Source of the DNA: Selaginella moellendorffii
Taxonomy: Eukaryota > Plantae > Lycopodiophyta
DNA: 64,000 nucleotides
Assembly (NCBI RefSeq): GCF_000143415.4
Contig: NW_003314327.1
Coordinates: 388,851-452,850, forward strand
Direction: 5' to 3'
Positions 52,756-64,000 of the stretch are shown piece after piece. Under the pieces are notes generated by a model, which made no database searches, was not told where the DNA came from, and saw only the letters and a list, made by a program, of their open reading frames with translations. How positions within the stretch are numbered: the first letter of the stretch is position 1; each line of letters opens with the position of its first letter. The position numbers and the translations under genes are program-made.

Positions 52756-55700
52756 AACCCGGGGGCCTAACGCCCGGGTAGGGGTACTTTTACCCCCCTT
52801 TTTCCTTCCGGAGGGGAGGGCCCAAGCCCTTGGGCGGGGGGGGGCCCAATGAGCTCCAGGGTTTTAAAGGGGGCCCCCCCTCCCCAGGAGCGGGGGGCCC
52901 CCCAGTGGGTTTCCCTTTGGGGAGGGGGAGCTGTTTTGGAGCCTTTCCTGGGGGGGCCCTTCGGGCCCCCCCGGGGTCCATTTTCTTTCCCCCCAAAGGC
53001 CCTTGGGCCCCATTTTAAACCTAAAGTCAGTTGGGAACCCTTTTTAGAGAGTTCCTTAAAGAGGGGTTCTTAGCCCCCCTTTTCCCTATTATATTTTGGG
53101 AACCCCCTACAGCCCCCCCCCCCCCCCGGGAAACGCACACTTTGGGCACACCCTTAACCCATATTAGTACTCGGACTTGATCTCGGACTCGATCTCGGAC
53201 TCGATCTCGGACCCGACTTCGGACTGGGTCTCGGACTCGATCTCAGACCCGATCTTGGACTCGACTTTGGACTCGACCTCGGACTCAGTCTTGGACCTGA
53301 TTTGGATCTCGGACTCTGTCTCGAACTCGGTCTCGAACTCGGTCTCCGATTCAGCCTCAGACTCGATCCCGAACTCTATCTCGAACTCGGTCTCAGAGTC
53401 CGTCTTGGACTCGATCTTCGACTCGGTCCCATCCGATGAACTCTTTGTCATTTTGGTCATGCTTTCGGGGATCCTTTAGCGTACGACACCTTGGAGAGTT
53501 GGTTCCTCACACTATTGAGTAGAATGTTGCTGCCACTGTGGATGAGCTATTCGTTGGTGAAGAAACAATTGGAGGATCTTCCCGCTCACCTCCTCTAGAT
53601 TCTCTCATGACACCACCACCTCGTCAAGAGATTGGAGCTGTTACCCGTTCAAGACGAGTGAGCAAGCCAACAGTCAAACCTCTAGAATCTCTTGCTCAAC
53701 CTCCATGCAAGAAGGGGTTCTACTGGGCCATGAGCTCCATTGCTGAACCTCATGGCTACCAGTCCTAATGCCTCACAGTGGCAAGCGGCCATGCAAGACA
53801 AGTATGACTCACTGATCAAGAATGGAATCTGGACATTGGTTCCCCTCCTTCCTGGTAGGAAGGTAGTCACAGCCAAGTGGCTGTTCAAGAAGAAATATCG
53901 AGCTGATAGCAGCATTGAGCACTACAAGGCACGCTTTGTAGCTCGTGGTTTCTCTCAGATCCAAGGAGTTGATTACTCTGAAACTTATAGCCCTGTTATA
54001 AAACTGACAACAATTCATGTTTTGATGAGCCTTGAAGCTAAGCTTGACCTAAAGCTCCATCAACTTGATGTGAAAATTGCTTTCCTGAACGGTGATCGTG
54101 AGGAGGAGGTGTACGTTGCCTAGCCTCCTGGGTTTATATGTCCTGGACAAGAGCATCTTGTTTGCCGCTTGCACAAGGCTCTCTACGGGTTGAATCATGG
54201 TACACTAAAATTAACAGCTTTCTAACCTTGTTGGGCTTTACTTGCAGCACAATTGATAATAATCTCTACATATATCAAGATGGCCAAGGATTTCTATTCT
54301 TAGCCTTATATATGGTATTAGCCTCCAACCAAATGTGACTCATCCACCACATCAAGGCCTCAATCTGGGAAACTTGCACTACTATCTAGGAATTCAAGTC
54401 TGCCGGGATAGGCAACGTGGAGTACTTGAGCTGTCCCAGGAGAAATACATCCATGACATTCTCTAGAGGTACTCTATGCTTAATGCTAACCCGGTGGCTA
54501 CTCCTATGGAAGCAGGCTCAAAGTTGTCCAAGGCTTTTAGTTTGACATCAACCTTAGATGACAATCCCGAGGAGGAGACCACAACACTGTACCGTTCAGT
54601 GGTCGGGGGCCTCATCTACTTGATGGTCTCAACTAGGCCTAACCTCGCATTCAGTGTGGGAGCAGTCTCAAAGTTCTTGGACAATCCATCACCCTCACAT
54701 TGGGCTGCTGTGAAGTGGATCATGAGGTATATGAGTGGCACAAGGAAATTCACACTGAAATATGCAAGAGGAGATGGAGACAACAGCCTGGTGGGATTCA
54801 CAAATGCAGACTGGGCAGGAGATCTAGATGACAGAAGATCCACCTCAGGGTATGTCTTCATGTATAACCATAACATGGTTAGCTGGTGTTCCAGGAGGCA
54901 GCAGATCACTGCGATGTCCTCATGCGAATCTGAATACATTGCAGCTGCAGCAGCAGCGAAAGAGGCCATCTGGCTTAAGACGTTGCTGCAGGACCTCGGG
55001 ATTCAAATTCCAGCAGTCAAACTCTACTGTGACAATATGTCTGCAATAGCATTGACTCGGGATGCGAGATTTCACTCACACACCAAGCACATTGAGTTGA
55101 GGTTTCATTTCATTTGGGATCAAGTCAACAATGGAACAATCAACCTGGAATTCTGTCTGACCAGCTCAATGGTCACTGATATCCTGACGAAGTCCTTGCC
55201 TCGAGTGAAGCATGAACTCTTCCTCAAATCACTCCGTTTGACTGACGGTGAGAGCCTTGAGGAGGAGTATGGAGACAAATGATGACAAGTCTCCACGTCA
55301 GCAAAGAAAACAAGTCATTCATCCAAGACACTAATCGCCAAGCATCACACCCATACTGTTATGTACATAACCATACCAAAGCAATGAAGTCGACAGAGCA
55401 TTCCACACACAAAATCACACATCTACAGAAGCAGTGAGCGTGGTGAAAGGAATGCTGCTCCTGAGTGTCATGGTGGAAGACAGTGCCCCTCAGCCTGGAA
55501 GTGGCAGAAGGTGAAGATTGGAAAGATGGCATTTCAAGCACTGGGAGCACTAGAGGTGGAGGTAGAGAAGGATGAAGTTGGATATGCTGGAGCTGAGATG
55601 TGGGAAGAACATGCACAAGAAATAAGAAGAGCTTGTTCTTGGCAAGTTAGTATCTCCTTCCAATTTTTCCAAAACGCTGAAGGCAGCAGCACAGGAGAAG

Positions 55701-56609
55701 CTACAAGCCGAGTGCTGTGATTCTGGGAGCGCTCAAGGCATGTTGTAGCGCCAGCAATCCAGTTTAGAACGGTCACCAACCTTTACGTGGTGAGTGGTCT
55801 GGTTCATAAGGCAGCATGGCGGGTTTGCATGATCCAAGTGACGTGGAACTTGCCGATTCAAGGCTATACCAACAATGGGGAAATTCTGAGAACTTTGGGC
55901 ATCTTATCAATGGTTCTTCTATGATCCCGGTCGTTTGTGCTCAAGGGGTGTAGCAAGTTGGCGGTGGAACAAGATGGAAGGCTGATCGATGGAAAGCTTG
56001 TTAAGGTTGTTTCTTGCTGGTGGAGAGGATTTCGATCAGATTTATCATTGAATATAGTATAGACTTTGATCGAGTCATGTCCATTGCTCCACATGTCTCT
56101 TCGACTCTCTTGCTACTCCACAGGCCCTTCCACTCTCTTGCTAGTAGTACATGCGGAACCTGTAGAAAACCTCCTGCTGTTACAAATGTCACAGGACGGT
56201 GTTGGCTTCCATAAACTACACTGTTTACCAGAATTATGACGACACGGAGGCATGTCAGAAGTGTCAGGAGCGTCATCGCTTCAAGGCCCTGGTGGTTGTA
56301 GGAGGATTCAGCTGGAGAAAGAAGAAGATTGGCATTAGAACTCGAATTCTTATCTACAGATAGGGATAGTTGATGTAGGGAACCTGGAAGATCGTGACAA
56401 CAGTTGTCGATTCCCGCTACTCCTATTTTGTCTTGGGTTGAGATGATGGATGTTACAAGCAACTAGCCTTAGTGGCGCTCGAAGAGAAAAAGGCTGTCGT
56501 GCCAAAAACAGTTAATAAGAAACAACATAAAGACAACACTCACTGTTACGAAGAAAGACCCGCGGAATTGCAGTCTACTCTAAGTTCTGTTCTATAGCTC
56601 GTTCAAATT

Positions 56610-58102
56610 CTACACAGGAAGTAAGAAGATTAGAAAAGGAAGAACATACATTACAAAACCACAACACTTACCAGCTATTGTCGAGGTGACCCTGAGCTCC
56701 CAAGTTGCAAATATCTCTCGCAGCTGTTCAATTGCTTGGGTGGTGACAAGAGTTCGCGGCTTTATCCACGTGATGGTAACAGTGGCATCCACGCCATCCA
56801 TGATTCCTTCAAGAATGTGTTCAGAGAACATGTGCATGAGCAAGAATTCCACGTCACGGTTCACTTCTTTCTGTAACAAAGTCAATTAATATGTTCCACA
56901 GCTAGGAACAAACACAAAGTTTTAAGACTTGAACATCATACTTCGTGATTAGACACCTCAGTTTCATTACTTCAAACTTGAATCGTGGAAAACTTTCAAA
57001 GTAAACGGCTGGAAAGATCTTTTCCGTGTAAAGCTTGACATTGGCAGTGTTGAACGTGGTGAGTTGACAACGTCGTTTTTCTCCCTGAATAATTCATGAT
57101 AAATGGTACTGTTCAAAACCAACTTAAACCTTACCAGATCCGCTTGGCAGGTTAGGAGGTCACCAAAGTCACAGCAAGTGAAAATAGCAGCGAATACCAT
57201 TTCATCCAAGATAAGCTCACTACAAGATATGAACTTCATTACGGAGATGCTGGCTGGAGAATTACTGATGGTGCTGTACTTCGTACATGACTCACACACA
57301 GAGTAACAATATGTAGTCGTAGGTAGATACCTCTCTGGTGTCTTTATAAGCTGCTCGCAAACATGCCAGGATTGATAACCCGTGGTGGTAGAGAACTTTC
57401 ATGTCCTCGGTATACCTGAAGTATTCGTAGAGCTGTTACTGTAGAGCGTCTCTGAATGACGGATGCAACGATGTTCTGTCCAACGTGTTTTCAATGTCTT
57501 CCAGATGCATTCGACACTCGCTTTTGCGCAGCCACGAATAGTTTTCCCAACAGAACGGCTTCTATAGGAAGACCAAGCTTTTGCAGTGCTTCCGTGTAGT
57601 CTAGATGCCACTCTCGAATGAGTGGATTCACCACCAGCGTCTGCCATTTCTGAACAAAAAAAAAAGTGAAATGAACCTTTCCTGGGATGATCTTAATCCA
57701 CGGTTGAAGAAGACCATGCCTCTTCTTCCAATCTCGAAGAAGTACAATAAACATTCCACTACCCTTCAGAGCAGAAAGTTTTTTGCAATAGCTTGTCGGG
57801 TCCTTGGGAAGGCCATAGGAAATAACAGCATTTACACCATCTGGAATGGTGTCTAATTTGCACCCGTCCGCCAATATGATGAACCTGGCTGTTGGCTGTT
57901 GGTAGCTGAGCCAAACCTGAGCTGGCTGCCCTGTTTTTGCTTCCACAATATCTCCCACGGTTTTGAGCTGCGACGAAGTATCAGACCAATAAATCAGGCA
58001 CCTTGTGAGACCCGGAAACAGAACACCAATGTTCTCTACAACGCGTCCGAAGTTTCGAAGCTTTCCGACCAGCACGTACTGAATGACATTCTTGGGAAAC
58101 AT
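56610..58102 (-). pseudogene. Diverged chimeric gene or relic: helicase C-terminal-like segment followed by RPN9/PSMD13-like PCI segment
   Basis: GVNAVISYGLPKDPTSY resembles the DEAD-box V..VINYDLP....Y motif. DFGDLL and DVEFLLMHMFSEHILEGIMDGVDATVTITWIKPRTL resemble RPN9 NFGELL and DVEHLLMKSLSVHLIEGIIDQV..TV.VSWVQPRVL. Confidence 0.55.
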
Positions 58103-58199
58103 ATACTGTAACGTACGAGGTTTAAATGACGCGCTACAATAACTTTTTTAAATAGTAAGCCATATACTTTGTCACCATTCTCTTCGAGAGTATCACCGA

Positions 58200-58720
58200 G
58201 AGAATTGCACTGCGGCTGGCCTGAACGCTCACACCCTTGCATCGCCTGTGCCAACTAACGGGGTTACAACGACATATCTTGGTTGATGGAAGTACACTTA
58301 CGTCGTGGTCCGTGTTTGCTTCATTATGAACTTGACAAACTCCAGTAACGATTTGGTTATCATGCGTACTTGTGCTTTTGTCGCAGGACTGAAAGATGGA
58401 GCTTGCGAGCAGCGTCGGATGTCCTTGTAGCTACCAGAAGCCAAACAAGTATGTAATGTCACAGAACACTCCCATGTAGCTCTTGGTGTGGCGCCTCATT
58501 GTTGGAAGCTTTGCAAGAATTGCACTGCGGCTGGCTTGAAAGTCCAGATCCTTGCATCACCTGTGCCAACGAACAGGGTCACCACGACATATCTAACTTG
58601 ATGGAACTACCTGTACTGCAGGACTGAAAGAGCGGCGTCGGATGTCCTGGACACTACCAGAAGCAAAAGAATATATATACAAAGCTATCTCACAGAAAAA
58701 TTTCACGTGCCTCTTGGCTT
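58200..58720. repeat. Degenerate tandem duplication (~315-bp unit)
   Basis: AGAATTGCACTGCGGCTGGC...CGACATATCT at 58201 and 58517; GCAGGACTGAAAGA...CGTCGGATGTCCT...CTACCAGAAGC at 58383 and 58618. Confidence 0.85.
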
Positions 58721-59589
58721 GGCGCCTCGTTGTTGATCTTCTGATCCTAGAAACAGTGGCAATGGCCCATAATATCGTGTCTCGATCATCGCACAGCACA
58801 GCTTTACCTTGTTATCCATCGCAAGATCTGCTATGTGTCTCTCCGGCTGCAAAGCCACACTGAGGCTCGAGAATCATCGCAGAAACGAAGTCCTACATTT
58901 CAATCCGATGCACAGCGCCAGCGGCAACCTGCGATCTAGCAGCGGGCCGCAAGCGGCAATGCGCAAACAGCAGCGGTCGCAGGCGGCAAGGCGCAATCCA
59001 CCAGCAGCGACGAACCCTAGCTCCTGGCAAATGAAATGTGGCTACAAGTAGTCGCTCCTTACTCCTTGCCGCGAGCTCCATTTGAATGTATCCGACGTGG
59101 CGGAACCAAGGTTTTAGCTTTGAGCTCGGGCGAGATTCGAACCGGGGATGGCTGTGAGCACGCTCGCTCACGACCCCTTCCCCACAAGCCCTAGGGCTGA
59201 CAGAATATCTGTTTGTGCGGCAAGTCAGAATATGCTCGTTTCGTTTCTCGGTGGAGAAGGAGCTCGCAAATTTGAGGCAAAATTTCCATCGAGCGATGTC
59301 TGGAATGGAACTGGATGCATGAATTTCTTGCGATTGCTTTCCTTGTTCCTGGAGCTCTTTGCTGCCTTTGTTCTCACAGATGTGTGGAGATGTGGTGGTG
59401 GACATGGGGCAAGGCAATGCTCACAGAAGAAACCAAGCCTTACTATTTCTCCTCCAAGAGGTAGCGGTAGCTTCCGCTCCCTCGAATTTTTTCTTCTTGC
59501 TTTCTTGTGTGGTTATTCCTTCTCTAAGCGGCTGGCTGGCTGGCTGGCTGGCTGGCCATCTTTTTGATCCTCTTGTTGGATTGCTGGTT

Positions 59590-60560
59590 TCTTCCAGGGG
59601 GCCATTTCGAAAGCGATGGAGGCGACGGCGGACCCAGCAGCAATGGGAGGAATGTTTCGGGGATGAAGGCCGCATCTCGAATAACAGCACCGAAAAGCTC
59701 ATTCACAAAGTTCGCTGGGGGGTGAGTTCTTTCTTTGTTTTACCAGTTTTTCCAGTGTTCTAGACTTGTCTCAAGGATGAACTGTGATGTGCGTCGTGAC
59801 AGTGCATAGAGCGGAATTCGAGCTCAAGTGTGGCCATTATGTGAGTGTTAGAAAACCTTTCATACGTTCAAACTTTCAAACTTTTTCATACCTTCTATCA
59901 GATACGAGGTTGAGAGGTTGATAGCACCGAGGCAGAAAGAAAGGTAACGAGCAAGTTTCCGAAGGTCCCATACGCACTAAAAACTAAACTTTGCTTGGAA
60001 ACTCGCCTGCAGGAAGGAATACGAAAATCACTCACGTCCAGAAGAGAAGGAGAGCATGGCATGGAAGAACAAGCAGAAGAAGAAGAACACAAACTCATGC
60101 CATTCTCCGAGAGCCAGATCGAAGCATTCAGCAGCATCGACGACAGCAGCGCGTTCTGGAAGAAAGGACCCTAGGCAGTGGGCGACATAGTTACCTGGCA
60201 GAGGATCATCCGCCTGGACGCCGTCCGGATGAACGCCGAGTGGGTTCCATAGACTAACGTGAGCGACGAGGAGACGTTCCAAAGTAGCCCGCAACGCCGC
60301 CAGGCTCGTCTCCATCCTCGAGGCCTACGCGCTCTACGATCCGGACACGGGCTACTGCCAGGGATGAGTGACTTGCTCTCGCCGTTCGTGGCGTTCATGG
60401 ACAACGGCGCGGCACAGCTTCCGGCTGGGCATCCTGCGGCAGCTAAACGGGACCTCGGATATCATCAAGGTGGCGGGCCTGAGCACCTGGTGCCTCCGTG
60501 CTGTTCCGGTGACGTTCGAGCAGACGATATACCTGTGGGAGGTGATATCGGCCGAGTCCC
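59590..60560 (+). pseudogene. TBC-domain Rab GTPase-activating protein pseudogene
   Basis: QQWEECFGDEGRI...KVRWG, TWQRIIRLDAVRMNAEWVP*, LVSILEAYALYDPDTGYCQG/MSDLLSP (frameshift), TFEQTIYLWEVI. Confidence 0.82.
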
Positions 60561-60757
60561 GGAAGAAGAAGAAGAATTTCTCGGGCTGCTGGCTCACAGA
60601 CGAAGTAGCTATGAGTTTTGGAGAGACGCGGCTACGCCTGTCGCCGACGCTGCCGGGGCGCTTGTCCGGGGCGACCTCGGCGTTTGGTCACGTAAAGCTC
60701 ATTTCTTGGGGGGTAATGCTATATAAAAAGAACTACGTAGGGCAAGGTTTTGTGGGC

Positions 60758-61213
60758 ATGGCACCAAAGGGCTCAGGAAAGCGAGACAAGGTTCGTGTCA
60801 TGGCGCCAACGTGGGCACCGGTAAAAGGCGCAGGCGGGCGATGTGGACAAGCCATATGGGCAGTTGCTCGGGACTGGCCACTGCTACTGCCAAAGGGATC
60901 AGTGGCAGAGGCTAGAGGGAATAAGGTTGAAAAGGCCATGGATTTGGGTAATATGGGTGTGAAGCTCAAGAACGAGAGTGAAGAGAGTGAGAGCGAGAGT
61001 GAACAGAGTGAGAGCGAGAGTTCTAGCGACGAGGACATTGACGAGGATGCCAAACTCCTCAAGGAGCTTGACAGATTGCATGCCGAAAAGGAGCACACAG
61101 AGGAGCACAAAGAGGAGAAAACAGAGGAGCAATCAGTGCCAAGTATCCCTTTGATACTTATGCCCAAACACTGTGGCAAAGATTTAGCCACAGGGTATAA
61201 ATTGTGTAAATAA
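60758..61213 (+). CDS. Diverged, C-terminally truncated CWC15-like acidic protein (possibly a pseudogene)
   Basis: PTWAPVKG, ARD, acidic tract then DEDAKLLKELDRLHAEK resembles CWC15 (RPTWAPAKG, SRDL, DDTEALMAELEQIKKE). TATA-like CTATATAAAA at 60719-60728. Confidence 0.5.
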   Translation: MAPKGSGKRDKVRVMAPTWAPVKGAGGRCGQAIWAVARDWPLLLPKGSVAEARGNKVEKAMDLGNMGVKLKNESEESESESEQSESESSSDEDIDEDAKLLKELDRLHAEKEHTEEHKEEKTEEQSVPSIPLILMPKHCGKDLATGYKLCK

Positions 61214-61249
61214 ATAGCCTTTTCGAACCTAATGGGAACACTGCTGGTT

Positions 61250-64000
61250 TACGACTATTCACTAAAATTCTCCAACCCAACTCACTTAACAATGTGACAA
61301 CTTTTTTTTTATACTAGGACTTGCTCCAGGTCACTCTAGCTCACTAAAGACTTCCTCAAGACTTCCAGCACACTTTTGGATCATTGTGTTTTTACAGTTC
61401 ATCAAGAACAACTCCAAGATTCCATTTGTTGGTCTCATGATAAAGTTGTCATTGTCAATATCACTAGCCAAGTGTTGGGCATTCAACAATATTGAGGGTT
61501 ATATGTTAGTGAAGAGGCATTTCTTTTGAATTGGGATGAAGTCAAACATTGAGAAATATATACAACATATATGTGGTTGTTTGACTTATTAGGCAATTGA
61601 AGTATCATTTGCATCTTCTTTTGCCTCTATAACAATAGTTTTTGTATAGTGATGTTATCTCATTTTCGTATTATTTTAACGTAGTCATCCAACTTTGTCA
61701 AATACTAGTTTTTGTTAACTTTGGACTAACATTGGGTGTTAAAGTAAATTTACAACATGATTTGCTTATAACTGATTACAAGGTATATTATGGATGAATT
61801 TCTGTGTGCTAAAGCTCTTTTTTGGTACCACACGAAAACAAGTAAAAGAAGAATAAAAAAAGGAAGAAAAAAGTAAATGCAACTAAATTAATTAAACCTA
61901 AGCACCCTACCTAACAACTTAGTTACTGTAGTGCAAGGTGCTACCTTAAAAACATCTCAGTCATTGGTGCCTTCAAGGTTGTAAAAGACCTTGACTAGCT
62001 TTTGTCGTTTAAACCATTGTGATTTGATTTTATCATAGACAAAAGACATATTTGTTGGAATTTGAATCTATGCATTATAATTGTTAGTGGAGGTGAAAGT
62101 TCTAAACATGTTTGAAATCATTAGCGACATATAATATTTTATGCTTTGTTCATTTAAGTCAACTAAAGAAATAATTGCAGCAACACTACAAAATGAGGCC
62201 TCAGTGGTGGGAACTCACAAACCAAGGAAGAGGTGATTAACATATCTATGAGACCTTCTATAGAACTTTGGGTTTTTCATTTAACATTGAAATGTTACAC
62301 ATAAAACCACTTACTACGTAAGAATAAATTGCCAAGAAATCTATAGTATGTTGGGAGAGAAAATTAGTGGGAGAGAGAAGTGGTTCCAAAGTGAACATCA
62401 CCAATGTCTGTAAAGTCAATGTTAAGGAAAGATAAGGATCCAATCTTAAATGGTTTGTTGCGAAACTTGTAATAAGTTTCATAGTAGAAGTTGTTGACTA
62501 CTACATAAAAACTATAAGTCCACAATACAATCCATCAAGCAATGGCCACTAGATTCAAAGAGGCCATCGGTAATCACACTCCATAAATTATTTTGTAAGA
62601 TATCACAAATTTAATGTTTAGCTGTGAAAAAACTAATGAGAAATGAGAATATAAAGTAAATCAAGATTGACTACCTATGAGTAGCTGTAGAAGTAGATGT
62701 ACTTGGAGTGGCAGATGTTTAGCTAAGTTGAATAAAAGGAAAGTTTGTTTTACTCCCATACAATTCTTGTGCTACAGAATGCCATCCTATTATATGGTAA
62801 GTATGTAAACAAATTTAACATACCTATGAAAACATATAATAGGTGTTTATAGTTAAAAGAAGCATTAAAAGGCAAATAAAATGATAGAACATACCACTAA
62901 TGTTATATGCACTACTAATATTTACATCTACTGCAGTTTTATGTTTTTTATAAAATAAATTATATGATAGATAAAAACTATTAGATACCAACAATGTCGT
63001 CCATCATTGGCTGGTGATACAAGGAAGACACTCTCAAGCCAAGGTTATTCTTGTTGACTTTGTTCTCAACCAAGGCTTTTAGAAGTAAATTTGATCCTAT
63101 TGGATATATAGTAAGGCAAAGCAAGTATCTATAAAAACTTTGTAACATTGTGTTAACAGTACATCAAAAGATATTAAGCAAGTGTTTAAACATCTTATAA
63201 TGTAGTTGAAGATATAGTAATTTAATGGGGAGCACAATAGCATTCCTAGTATTTAATATGTCCTTTGTTTGCTTCTATTATAACAATGTAATGGTAGAGA
63301 TGCAAACTCTAATAGCACACTTGACAATAGTGGTATACACTATTATTATGTTTATTTTGATAATTTTTGACTGTCTATGACTAACATTGATATTATTTTC
63401 AATAAATCCTTCTTCAAGATGAGCAAGTGTGTTTAGAAGCTGTGTAATTACTATAATATTATGTAGAATTAGATAAAGCTTTTATTTTAAAAGATCAAGA
63501 ACATATTAGTTGTAGATTTAAAAACTTACTATAGACATTCCTGATATGACATATAGGATTGTCTATTTTTTGAATGTGTGACAAAGTAGAGAGATAGTTA
63601 ATTGTATTGCTGCTTGAGGACAAAAGTGTGCAATCAATTCTTGGAGCATGAATAAAAAGACAAGGAATATTTAATGCACACACAATCAACTTATAATGTG
63701 GAGCCAATACATGTGTAAATTGTGACACATTGCATGGAAGTACCAGAATAAATTATATAGCTTGTCTATAGGGTATAAAATGGTATTTGTAGAAATATAA
63801 TATTATAAAAATACAACTAATAAATCTATATTTTACACTAAAACAATGATGTTAAAAAAAAAAACACACGACACCACTACATAAAATATGCAATGCTATA
63901 TTTGAAAGTGTGAAAACCTTTCACCCTTTCAATTGTGTTTTTGTTTTTGCCAACCACTTCTTCATGGAATGAAGTCCACCTTATATACCTTGTGGCAATC
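61250..64000. repeat. AT-rich, CpG-depleted decayed DNA, probably ancient TE
   Basis: Composition and absence of long ORFs only. Confidence 0.3.

Larger units (their letters stand above)
45491..53511 (-). mobile_element. Ty3/Gypsy chromovirus with ~1.2-kb LTRs
   Basis: LTRs 45491-~46714 and 51939-53511 (the latter spans the N gap); degenerate iMet PBS at 51924-51935. Gag from 51879, CYNCGEARHFSREC, protease LIDMGAS, RT YIDD, RNase H, integrase, chromodomain EYEVKGIL...FHVKWKGFP at 47199-47320; multiple stops. Confidence 0.93.
43424..55427 (+). mobile_element. Ty1/Copia element (Copia-B), 160-bp LTRs, interrupted by a Gypsy element
   Basis: LTRs 43424-43583 and 55268-55427; TSD GAAGC on both sides; PBS TGGTATC; PPT GAGGAGGAG. 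Gag Zn knuckle CNYCGKMGHVEHEC, protease LDSGASFHM, RT QLDVKIAFLNG, RNase H ADWAGDLDDRRSTSG and TKHIELRFHF. Confidence 0.93.

Noticed and set aside
52756-53130. Apparent hypermutated extra LTR copy rich in G/C runs (similar at 45830-46270)
   Set aside because: Adjacent to the assembly gap with homopolymer-type differences; most likely low-quality read ends.
55680-56460. Possible PPR remnants (LGALKAC, ALEL-like fragments)
   Set aside because: Too degenerate to support a call.

Overview
Eukaryotic plant genomic DNA. The very short GT-AG introns (about 45-60 nt), high gene density, an intronless PLS-class PPR gene and a chromovirus suggest a non-seed plant, most likely the lycophyte Selaginella (inference from style, not a database match). 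There are three zones. (1) 1-26 kb is gene-dense: PPR pseudogene plus PPR gene, O-fucosyltransferase-family glycosyltransferase, SANT/Myb protein, plastid-type GIY-YIG-domain protein, EXO70, a decayed Ulp1-like/PHD gene, fibrillin-like protein, UAP56, IQD and RBOH. (2) 26-55.4 kb has TKI1-like and acyl-CoA dehydrogenase pseudogenes followed by a nested LTR-retrotransposon stack. An old Copia (33047-43417) contains a TRIM-like insert and a younger copy of its own family with ~87-bp LTRs (37430-42876), which itself holds a solo LTR. Six bp away and head-to-head lies a second Copia family (43424-55427, TSD GAAGC) interrupted by a chromodomain Gypsy. (3) 55.4-64 kb holds diverged or chimeric gene relics (helicase-C-like plus RPN9-like PCI, TBC RabGAP, CWC15-like) and AT-rich decayed DNA. 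The most interesting signals are the stand-alone cyanobacterial-type GIY-YIG protein with an unknown C-terminal domain, the ultra-short-LTR Copia, the two Copias with overlapping target-site duplications, an intact Cys-rich extra ORF in a Copia leader, tRNA T-arm mimics in the Gypsy 3' region and a probable regulatory intron in UAP56. All family assignments come from motif recognition by eye; no searches were run.
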